NCBI GenBank assembly: GCA_035510735.1
Contig: DATKGN010000004.1
Span: 243,810 to 307,809, forward strand
Length of the DNA stretch: 64,000 nt
Direction: 5' to 3'
Source of the DNA: Patescibacteria group bacterium
GTDB lineage: Bacteria > Patescibacteriota > Microgenomatia > UBA10105 > UBA927
The notes below the pieces were generated by a model, which worked only from the letters and a program-made list of their open reading frames with translations, was not told the origin of the DNA and made no database searches. Shown piece after piece: positions 48,415 through 56,618 of the stretch (positions are counted from its first letter, which is position 1; each line of letters begins with the position of its first letter). Made by a program: the position numbers and the translations under genes.

Positions 48415-51400
48415 TGAAGGCTCATTGAACGAACAGCAATTGAAAGCCGTGAAGCACGGCTCCGGGCCTCTTATGATTATCGCCGGGGCCGGGACTGGGA
48501 AAACAACCGTCGTTACGGAGCGGATAAAATATCTTATTGCAAAGGAAATCGTAAAACCCGAGGAAATTTTAGCCCTCACCTTCACCGAAAAAGCGAGCCG
48601 CGAAATGGAAGAACGGGTCGATAAAGCATTGCCGTACGGGGTCACGCAGATGTGGATTTCAACGTTTCATGCGTTTTGCGACAGGATATTACGGAATGAA
48701 GCCATTAATGTAGGCATTGACCCCGGGTACACACTCATGACAGAGGCGGAGACAATCATGTTTTTCCGGAAGAATATTTTCCGATTCGATCTTAACTATT
48801 TCCGTCCGCTCGGAAACCCGACGAAATTTATCGCCGGTATGGTCGGACATTTCAGCAGGTTAAAAGATGAGGATGTGACGCCGACGGAATATCTCAAATG
48901 GGCAAAATCCCCCGGAGGTAAAAATCAAAATTCCAAATCCAAAATAAATGCAAAATCCAAAATTCAAAATGGAGAAAACGATCAGAATGAAGGAGAAAAA
49001 TATTTTGAACTTGCAAACGCTTATAGAACATATGAAGAGCTTAAAGTGAAGGAAGGGGTTTGTGACTATTCTGATTTAATCAGTCAAGTACTACTTATTT
49101 TCCGGACGAGACCGAAAATTCTCGCTAACTATCAGAATCAATTTAAATATGTTCTCATTGATGAATTCCAGGATACGAATTTCGCGCAGAATCAGTTGGC
49201 CATTCTCCTTGCGGGTCGGAGAAAGAATATTACGGTTGTCGGCGATGATGACCAGGCGATTTACCGCTGGCGAGGTGCGGCCGTCTCCAACATGATTCAA
49301 TTTCGGGCGTCATTTCCGAAAGCAACCATTGTCGTGTTGACTTCAAATTATCGGTCGACAAAAGAAATACTTGACCGTTCATACGACCTGGTCCAACACA
49401 ATAATCCCGACCGGCTGGAAGTCGCGGAAAAAATTGAAAAGAAATTGGAGAGCGCGCGAAGAATAAACGGGGAGAAGATTCAGGTTTTGTTCGCCGATCG
49501 CGTGGAAAACGAAGCGGATGCCGTCGCGCGGAAAATTGTTGATGTCATGAAACAACATAACGAATATTCATACTCGGACATTGCTCTGTTAGTACGTGCG
49601 AATAATCACGCGGATCCGTTTGCGAGAGCTTTTGCACGGTCGGGAATACCCTATCAATTTTTAGGGCCGGGACAACTGTACCGGCAACCGGAAGTGAAGG
49701 ATCTTATCGCATATCTCAAGGTTCTTTACAACTTTGAAGACAGTGTCGCGATGTACCGGCTCTTAACCATGGATTGGCTGAACTTGCCTCCGCGAGATGT
49801 AGCGTCACTGTCAAATTACGCAAAACGGTATGGAATTTCCATTTTTGAAGCATGCGAAGCGCTATCTGGGAACGCGCCGCAAAATTTTCTTGATCCGCTG
49901 CTCCCTTCGGCTCGCGTTGCTCGCTCAGGGCAAGCGCAACAAGATATTGCTAAGTTTAACCTGAGCGAAGCCGAAGGTCTCGATAAGCGATCTTCGAAAA
50001 TTTCGCCTCGCGTTCCCACGCGTATTCCTAGGCCTTTTGTAACTGATGAGACGCAAAAAAAGGTTATACAACTGGTTGCCATGATCCATAAACACCTGGG
50101 ATTAATTAAAAGAGAAACAGCGGGGCAGATTCTCTATTATTTTCTTGAAGACACAGGCTTACTCAAACGGCTTGCGAATTACGAATCGGTTAAGGATGAG
50201 AAAATTGCGCTTAATATTTCCAAATTTTTCAACAAATTGAAGACGTATGAAGTTGAGCACGATGATGCAAGCGTTTTTACCGTCGTCGACTGGATCGATT
50301 TATCCATGACACTCGGAGAATCACCGATGTCAACGGACGCCGACTGGAGCGATAATAATGCCGTGACACTTATGACGGTTCATTCCGCAAAAGGGCTCGA
50401 ATTTCCTGTGGTTTTCCTCGTTAATTTAGTGTCACAACGGTTTCCGACGACACAGCGGAAGGAACAGATTCCTATTCCCGAAGCGCTCATTAAGGAAGTA
50501 TTGCCGACCGGGGATTTTCACACACAGGAAGAGCGGCGGCTTTTTTACGTCGGAATGACCCGCGCACGCGATCTCTTATTTTTAACCGCGGCAAAATTTT
50601 ATGGTGAGGGGAAACGGGAGAAAAAGTTATCGCCGTTTATCGCGGAATCGCTGGGGACTGGTTTTGAGGATTCTATCGTCATCGATGAAGGGCGTAATAC
50701 AAAGCAGTTATCTTTTTTGGACTGGGCGAAACCGGAAGAACCTACAAAAAAAATGGTAGGTCACCCGATTTCGTATCTTTCTTATTCACAGCTTGCAACG
50801 TTTGAAACGTGCCCGCTTCAATATAAATATCGGTATATTATAAAAATTCCGATTCCGCCGTCTGCAGCTTTGTCGTTCGGTGATACTATTCACAAAGTCG
50901 TGCGCGCATTTTATGAACTTGTAAAAAATGGAGAGCATCCGACCCTGGAAACATTATTTCAGCTGCTTGATGAACATTGGGTGTCAGTCGGATTCGGTAA
51001 TAAGGCGTATGAAGCAAAGCTGAAGGCACACGGTAAAGAGTTATTGGAGGGGTTTTTCAAAAAGGGATATGATCCGAAAACTATTCCGATAGCTCTTGAG
51101 GAACCGTTTAAGATAAAAATTACCCCAGAGCTTACGCTCGGGGGAAGAATTGATCGGATTGATAAACATGAAGACGGCACGATAGAAATCATTGATTATA
51201 AAACCGGTCAAGCGCCAAAGAGCCGGGATGCGGCACGCGATGAACAGTTGACAGTGTACGCGCTTAGCGCTGCACAAGGTGGCATCTATAAAGACCCGCC
51301 AAAAAAGGTCATCGTTTCGTTTTATTTTTTTGAAGGCCAGGAAAAATTGTCCGCGACAAGAAATCAGGAGGAGTTGGCCCTTGCCCGTAAAGAGATTTTT

Positions 51401-51499
51401 GAAAAAGCAAAGCTCATGGAACAAAGTGATTTTGCCCCGACGCCCGGAAGACACTGTGATTTCTGCGAATTTCGTCTCATCTGTGAAGCGTGGAATTAA
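48395..51499 (+). CDS. UvrD/PcrA-family helicase fused to a PD-(D/E)XK nuclease with 4 Cys (AdnB/AddA-like)
   Basis: AGAGTGKT, IDEFQD, VGDDDQAIY, TVHSAKGLEF, EERRLFYV; LSYSQ..FETCP, GRIDRID, IDYKTG, CDFCEFRLIC. Confidence 0.9.
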   Translation: MTKVSVDEGSLNEQQLKAVKHGSGPLMIIAGAGTGKTTVVTERIKYLIAKEIVKPEEILALTFTEKASREMEERVDKALPYGVTQMWISTFHAFCDRILRNEAINVGIDPGYTLMTEAETIMFFRKNIFRFDLNYFRPLGNPTKFIAGMVGHFSRLKDEDVTPTEYLKWAKSPGGKNQNSKSKINAKSKIQNGENDQNEGEKYFELANAYRTYEELKVKEGVCDYSDLISQVLLIFRTRPKILANYQNQFKYVLIDEFQDTNFAQNQLAILLAGRRKNITVVGDDDQAIYRWRGAAVSNMIQFRASFPKATIVVLTSNYRSTKEILDRSYDLVQHNNPDRLEVAEKIEKKLESARRINGEKIQVLFADRVENEADAVARKIVDVMKQHNEYSYSDIALLVRANNHADPFARAFARSGIPYQFLGPGQLYRQPEVKDLIAYLKVLYNFEDSVAMYRLLTMDWLNLPPRDVASLSNYAKRYGISIFEACEALSGNAPQNFLDPLLPSARVARSGQAQQDIAKFNLSEAEGLDKRSSKISPRVPTRIPRPFVTDETQKKVIQLVAMIHKHLGLIKRETAGQILYYFLEDTGLLKRLANYESVKDEKIALNISKFFNKLKTYEVEHDDASVFTVVDWIDLSMTLGESPMSTDADWSDNNAVTLMTVHSAKGLEFPVVFLVNLVSQRFPTTQRKEQIPIPEALIKEVLPTGDFHTQEERRLFYVGMTRARDLLFLTAAKFYGEGKREKKLSPFIAESLGTGFEDSIVIDEGRNTKQLSFLDWAKPEEPTKKMVGHPISYLSYSQLATFETCPLQYKYRYIIKIPIPPSAALSFGDTIHKVVRAFYELVKNGEHPTLETLFQLLDEHWVSVGFGNKAYEAKLKAHGKELLEGFFKKGYDPKTIPIALEEPFKIKITPELTLGGRIDRIDKHEDGTIEIIDYKTGQAPKSRDAARDEQLTVYALSAAQGGIYKDPPKKVIVSFYFFEGQEKLSATRNQEELALARKEIFEKAKLMEQSDFAPTPGRHCDFCEFRLICEAWN
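48924..48970 (+). repeat. degenerate 7-bp tandem repeat (TYCAAAA), in frame in the helicase
   Basis: atcaaaa ttccaaa tccaaaa taaa tgcaaaa tccaaaa ttcaaaa; encodes NQNSKSKINAKSKIQN. Confidence 0.7.
49867..50018. repeat. 152-bp composite palindromic element, in frame in the helicase
   Basis: Terminal IR tgggaacgcg/cgcgttccca, inner aaattttc/gaaaattt; contains cccttcg..gctcaggg (49903-30) and acctgagc..cgaaggt (49959-78). Confidence 0.85.
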
Positions 51500-51501
51500 T
51501 G

Positions 51502-52374
51502 TTAGTGTATAACGAGAGGATAATAAATATTTGTGCCGCCGAATCCTTCTTTGAATTTCGTAAATCCTTTCCATTCTAGATTTTTGCCCGGAATCCGTTC
51601 GTCCCAAACGCCGACAAAATCAAATGACCGGCACTTATGTTCCTTTGATTCTTTGAGCGCTTCCCATACGAGGAGCGTCGGAGCGTAGAGTTTTTTTCCC
51701 TTTTTTATAGCCCCGGCGATCCAATAGTATGCGATGTTGTCCCAGAAAAGGAGAAGAACACCACCGACGGGACGGTGATCGTCGTCTCGTGCATATGCGA
51801 GGAGTATGGATATATTTTTCGGATGAAAGATATTCCACAATTCTTTAATGCCCGTTGTCGTAATAAATCCAAACAGTCCGCCTGATTTATTTTTAATGCG
51901 GATGAGATCATTGATATTCTCAGATTTTTTAACAATGACGCCAAGTTTCAGTGCTCTTCGTACTGCACGGCGTTTCGCTTCGGAAAACGAGCCGAAGATT
52001 GTATTCTTATTACGCGTCAGATCAACCCGGAATGTTTTTGTAGGAAGGAACGGCGTGGTGTTAATTGTTACGGATTTGGCAAGCGTTTTGCACCACGCAT
52101 CAAGTAGTTTTTGATTTTGATTTTCTACGGGTTCTATAACAAGGTTTTTTATATGATTCGCCTTAATGATTGAAACGAGTTTCTTTGGATTTGGCAGCTT
52201 GAGAGGCCGGTGAACTTTCATCATCCCCCCGAAGAGGGGAAATTGCCGGTAAAAAATATTTACACCGTCCAGACTGACGGCCTTCCAGCCCAACAGCCTG
52301 ATATATTGTGCGTACTCATCTGATTGTTGGGGTTCCATAGCCTGTATGACGTAATTATATTTTTGCCTGGACAT
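51502..52374 (-). CDS. FemABX-like GNAT peptidyltransferase
   Basis: T.RVDLT, RRAVRRA.K.GV, LLVWEA, FDFVG, GFTKFKEGFGG. Confidence 0.8.
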   Translation of the reverse strand: MSRQKYNYVIQAMEPQQSDEYAQYIRLLGWKAVSLDGVNIFYRQFPLFGGMMKVHRPLKLPNPKKLVSIIKANHIKNLVIEPVENQNQKLLDAWCKTLAKSVTINTTPFLPTKTFRVDLTRNKNTIFGSFSEAKRRAVRRALKLGVIVKKSENINDLIRIKNKSGGLFGFITTTGIKELWNIFHPKNISILLAYARDDDHRPVGGVLLLFWDNIAYYWIAGAIKKGKKLYAPTLLVWEALKESKEHKCRSFDFVGVWDERIPGKNLEWKGFTKFKEGFGGTNIYYPLVIH

Positions 52375-53368
52375 GTAAATAGGCCCACCTTATCGTATCG
52401 GCCGCAGTGTAGAGGTGGTAGAGAAGCGGATTGACAACAAGATCAAAGGATCCCGCAAATTCGATAAGCTGTGGTTTATATCCTTCTTTAAAACGATGGA
52501 ATCCGTACCATGGGTCCTTTGTGTCGGGATTGGGTCCCATTGCACCCCAGAGATCAAATTGTTTGAAACCTTCTTTTTTTGCCCATTTGGCGATCTCCCA
52601 TAACATGAGGTTCGGTGCCATGATATCGCGGTTTATCCGGGAGGATGTTCCATAGGGATAGTAGACCGTATCGTTCCACAAAAAAACGATCCATGCGGTG
52701 ACAATAGTTCCCTCATACGTTGCCGTAAATAATTTGGCGATATTTTTCTCTTTAAACAATCGCCACATCGTGGTATGGTAATGCCGGTTATGGGCATAAA
52801 AACCCTGGCGTTTCGTCGTCTCTTCAGAGAGAGTTACGTATGCGTTAAACGCTTTTTCGCTTGAATCCTCGCGGATTACGACGCCGTGTTTTTGGGCAAC
52901 TCGGATGTTGTATCGGGTTTTCGGATGCATGGCCTTGAGCAAGTCATCCTCTGATTTTGTCAGATCAAGCACGAATGTGTATTTGGTGAATAATGGATGG
53001 TGTGACTTACGGAAGAGTGCCGATAGGGGTATTTTGGCATCCGCAGCCTGTATATTTGGTTCAAGTTGGATATAAATTGCATTTTTTTCGCGACCCAAAT
53101 TACCCAGCGCCTCAATCATATCAGAAACCGGTTCCGGGCCTTTCGGGAAATAGCCAATGGTATAGGCGACATGCGGCACTTTATGGAACGATATTTGCCA
53201 TCCCTCAATGAGCTTATTATTGTTGAATACGCCGAGCCGCGCGATATCGATATTCATGCTCTTACGGAATTCGCCCCACTCCCAGGATTGGAGAGGATGT
53301 GCGACTAGCGCATCCCATTTTCCTCTCTCGGAATCATCGACGGGACGGATTGATCTGTCGGCCTTCAT
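52355..53368 (-). CDS. FemABX peptidoglycan interpeptide-bridge transferase
   Basis: HPLQSWEWGEF, KTRYNIR.A.K.GV, APNLMLW, FDLWG, GFHRFKEG. Confidence 0.88.
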   Translation of the reverse strand: MKADRSIRPVDDSERGKWDALVAHPLQSWEWGEFRKSMNIDIARLGVFNNNKLIEGWQISFHKVPHVAYTIGYFPKGPEPVSDMIEALGNLGREKNAIYIQLEPNIQAADAKIPLSALFRKSHHPLFTKYTFVLDLTKSEDDLLKAMHPKTRYNIRVAQKHGVVIREDSSEKAFNAYVTLSEETTKRQGFYAHNRHYHTTMWRLFKEKNIAKLFTATYEGTIVTAWIVFLWNDTVYYPYGTSSRINRDIMAPNLMLWEIAKWAKKEGFKQFDLWGAMGPNPDTKDPWYGFHRFKEGYKPQLIEFAGSFDLVVNPLLYHLYTAADTIRWAYLHVQAKI

Positions 53369-53413
53369 GATGTATATTATCTATCTTTTATTCCTATGAT
53401 ACAATGGGATTAA

Positions 53414-53623
53414 ATGAAAAGAAGAGCAAAAAAAAGAGCCTACCAACAGGCTTCTTCTGAGGCTATTGCGTGGCTCCCGATCGACAGCAGGTTGTTCCCA
53501 TTTTTTTCATTTACCCATGTCAGGGGGGTTGCCCGGGTTTTTCTGATTTTGGAAATGATTCTCTCTGTCGGCGTTGTCGTTGGCACGCTGGCACTCGTTA
53601 TCTTGCGGTTTACCCTAAAGTAA
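53414..53623 (+). CDS. small membrane hypothetical protein
   Basis: 69 aa with C-terminal TM; TACAAT 8 nt before the ATG. Confidence 0.5.
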   Translation: MKRRAKKRAYQQASSEAIAWLPIDSRLFPFFSFTHVRGVARVFLILEMILSVGVVVGTLALVILRFTLK

Positions 53624-53781
53624 GAGGTCGTCATCCTGAAACCCCCGGTCACTATTGAGTGATACATTTAATTCCATGACATGGGCGGGAATGTCAGCGA
53701 TGAATCGTGAAATCATATTTTGTGTCCGCGTGCCGAAAAACAGCCCCCCCTGTTGGCGTACATTAGGTAGAGTTTTTCTTT
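53615..53781 (-). pseudogene. orphan duplicate of the last 55 codons of pcrA
   Basis: Minus strand reads KEKLYLMYANR-(+2 shift in G7 run)-LFFGTRTQNMISRFIADIPAHVMELNVSLNSDRGFQDDDLLL*, matching the PcrA C-terminus at 56619-56783. Confidence 0.92.
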
Positions 53782-53871
53782 TTGTCCTTGTGCTTTTTCA
53801 CTGTATTTCAAAGTAAAGATTCCTGTTTTTTTGCATATTTGTATAAAAGCGGTACAATGTGCCCAAAGAGT

Positions 53872-55380
53872 ATGGCAACAGATGGATATTTACTTGGGTA
53901 TGATTTAGGCAGCTCGTTTATCAAAGCCTCGCTTATTGATAGTAAAACCGGCATCCTCATCGCAAAAGCTGCATCCACTGATAAAGAATTAACGATAGAT
54001 TCTCCGCACCCCGGTTGGGCCGAACAACATCCTGACATGTGGTGGAAAAACATTGTTCAGGCGACATTAAAAATTAAAATGCAGGTAGGGAATAAATTAA
54101 AAGACGTGAGAGCGATTGGTATAACGTATCAGATGCATGGATTGGTTCTCGTCGATAAACATATGAACGTGCTGTATCCATCAATTATTTGGTGTGACAG
54201 CCGCGCTGTAGCACTTGGCGACAAAGCATTTAAAAAAATCGGCCAAAAAACATGCCTTACCCATTTCCTAAATTCTCCAGGTAACTTTACTGCTTCAAAA
54301 CTCGCATGGGTGAAACAGAATTTACCTCACATATATAAGAGGATATATAAAATCATGCTTCCGGGGGACTATATTGCATATAAGTTTACCGGAGAGGTAA
54401 AGACAACCGTCACAGGGCTTTCGGAGGGAATTCTTTGGGATTATCAGAAGCAGGATATCGCGGATCTGGTACTTAACTATTACGGCATCCCGAAAGATTT
54501 TATTCCGGACATCGTGCCGACATTTTCGATACAGGGCAGACTCACAGCGGAAGCGGCAGAAATGACGGGCTTGCCGGTCGGAGTACCGGTTTCTTATCGC
54601 GCCGGGGATCAGCCAAACAATGCACTCTCCCTGAATGTTCTTAATCCCGGAGAAATTGCAGCAACCACCGGGACATCGGGAGTAGTCTATGGCGTCGGCG
54701 ATAAGCCTATTTTCGATAAAAAGTCCCGTGTAAATGTATTTGTCCATGTAAATCATACGAAAAAGACACCCCGTTACGGTACACTTTTGTGTTTAAACGG
54801 TGCCGGAATTCTCAATTCGTGGTCGAAAAATAAGTTATTTACGCTCAGTAAAGAGGGTCTCAGTTACGACGAAATGAATCATATGGCTCTCCTCGCGCCA
54901 ATCGGTTCTGATGGACTTTGTATTTTACCATTTGGGAACGGGGCGGAACGTACTCTCGAAAACAAAAACATCGGCGCATCGATTCATGGGCTTAATTTAA
55001 CAATTCACACCAGAAGACATATAGCCAGAGCAATTCAGGAAGGCGTTGTTTTTGCGATGAATTATGGACTTCAGATTATGAAAGACATGGGACTTTCAAT
55101 AAAAGTTATTAGAACCGGTTATGCCAATATGTTCCTAAGTCCACTGTTTGCTCAGGCCTTTTCAACTCTCACGAACTCGGTGATTCAGCTCTACAATACC
55201 GACGGTGCTCAGGGTGCCGCGCGTGGAGCCGGTATCGGAGCAGGTATATACCCGTCCGCTCGAGAAGCATTTAAACATTTAGAAATTATGAAAACAATAA
55301 AGCCAAATTTTTCCCAACGGGGCGCATATCTGGAGGCATATGCGCGATGGGAGACATGTTTAAAGAAAAGTTTACTATAA
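53872..55380 (+). CDS. xylB: xylulokinase (FGGY family)
   Basis: LLGYDLGSS, WAEQ, YQMHGLV, IIWCDSR, AGDQPNN, GTSG; start at MATDG. Confidence 0.9.
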   Translation: MATDGYLLGYDLGSSFIKASLIDSKTGILIAKAASTDKELTIDSPHPGWAEQHPDMWWKNIVQATLKIKMQVGNKLKDVRAIGITYQMHGLVLVDKHMNVLYPSIIWCDSRAVALGDKAFKKIGQKTCLTHFLNSPGNFTASKLAWVKQNLPHIYKRIYKIMLPGDYIAYKFTGEVKTTVTGLSEGILWDYQKQDIADLVLNYYGIPKDFIPDIVPTFSIQGRLTAEAAEMTGLPVGVPVSYRAGDQPNNALSLNVLNPGEIAATTGTSGVVYGVGDKPIFDKKSRVNVFVHVNHTKKTPRYGTLLCLNGAGILNSWSKNKLFTLSKEGLSYDEMNHMALLAPIGSDGLCILPFGNGAERTLENKNIGASIHGLNLTIHTRRHIARAIQEGVVFAMNYGLQIMKDMGLSIKVIRTGYANMFLSPLFAQAFSTLTNSVIQLYNTDGAQGAARGAGIGAGIYPSAREAFKHLEIMKTIKPNFSQRGAYLEAYARWETCLKKSLL

Positions 55381-55403
55381 AAAATTTATTATGAAAGGAC
55401 AAT

Positions 55404-56609
55404 ATGAATAAACGAAAACTTTCCATGCCCTTTTGGTGTGTAGCAAATTCTGTAGGTGATCCATTCGGAGCGCCAGTAATGGACAGTGTAACTCCTTTAG
55501 AAGTCTGTGATATTTTATGCGATGCCAAATCGAAGGGGTTAATCAACTTTACCTCAACTCATGACGATAACCTTGTGGATTGGGATCCGACAAAACCGGA
55601 AGATGATCTCGACAAAAACAGCGTTACTTATAAGACTCTTCGGACAATCAAAAAGAAGATGGATGCTGTGGGGCTTAAGATGAAAATGGTAACCTGCAGC
55701 CTGCACGGCGATCTGATTTTTCGAAACGGAGGACTCACGAATCCGGATCCGGAGATTAGAGCACTGGCTGCTCAAAAAGTCATGCGAACTATCCGGATCG
55801 GAAATTTTTTCGGTGCGGAATATCTGACGTATTGGGTGGCACGTGACGGATTTGAGTGTCAGTTCGCCATACCTTGGGATAAATGTTACACGTATATCGA
55901 ACAGGGCCTTAACCTGGCTACGCGGTATATAAAGGAAAATAATTTTTCCATTAAAGGCGGTACGATTGAGAGTAAGCCGAACGAACCGCGCGGAGAAATG
56001 TTTCTTGCCACCACAGGCCATGCGCTCGCGCTTGTCAGCCGTCTGGAAGATCCTGATTTTTGGGGAGTAAATCCGGAAATACTCCAGCATGAAGGAATGA
56101 CGAATTTGTCGGCAATTAATGCAATTGCTATGGCAGTTCACGCAAAGAAACTTCCCTTTCTGCATCTGGGAAATCAGAAACCCGGACAGTTTGATAATGA
56201 CAATCCTACCATGACGGGTATGGACGGAGTGAAGGAAATTATCGGAGTGTTCTGGATGTTACGGAAGCTTAATTGGGGCGGACACATTGAGTTTGATAAT
56301 CATGTACTACGAACCGACGCGACGCCCGGCAAAAAGAACGCCATTGCCGTACGGAAAGCATTTATCAAACACAATGTGGAAAGCTATAGATTGGCTGAGA
56401 AGAAAGCCGATGAGCTTGCCGGCAACAAGACGCTCGATAAACTCTATGAGCGGATTTGCGGTAAAAAATCCGCATTGACAGCAGCCTTAGATCGGTATGA
56501 TTTTAAGGCTATCAATAAAGCAAAAATCTCGTATGACAAATTGAATACGACTCCGGTGAACATTGCTGAACTTGATTACGTCGTCAACAAAGCGCTCTTA
56601 GGTGAGTAA
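55404..56609 (+). CDS. xylA: xylose isomerase, divergent class I type
   Basis: W.V...GDPFG, HDDNL, F.NGGLTNPD, ESKPNEPRG, GVNPE..HE, FDND. Confidence 0.8.
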   Translation: MNKRKLSMPFWCVANSVGDPFGAPVMDSVTPLEVCDILCDAKSKGLINFTSTHDDNLVDWDPTKPEDDLDKNSVTYKTLRTIKKKMDAVGLKMKMVTCSLHGDLIFRNGGLTNPDPEIRALAAQKVMRTIRIGNFFGAEYLTYWVARDGFECQFAIPWDKCYTYIEQGLNLATRYIKENNFSIKGGTIESKPNEPRGEMFLATTGHALALVSRLEDPDFWGVNPEILQHEGMTNLSAINAIAMAVHAKKLPFLHLGNQKPGQFDNDNPTMTGMDGVKEIIGVFWMLRKLNWGGHIEFDNHVLRTDATPGKKNAIAVRKAFIKHNVESYRLAEKKADELAGNKTLDKLYERICGKKSALTAALDRYDFKAINKAKISYDKLNTTPVNIAELDYVVNKALLGE

Positions 56610-56618
56610 AAAGGCAGG

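Noticed and set aside
53440-53667. 75-aa minus-strand ORF
   Set aside because: Off-frame reading of the pcrA remnant and antisense to the 53414 gene.
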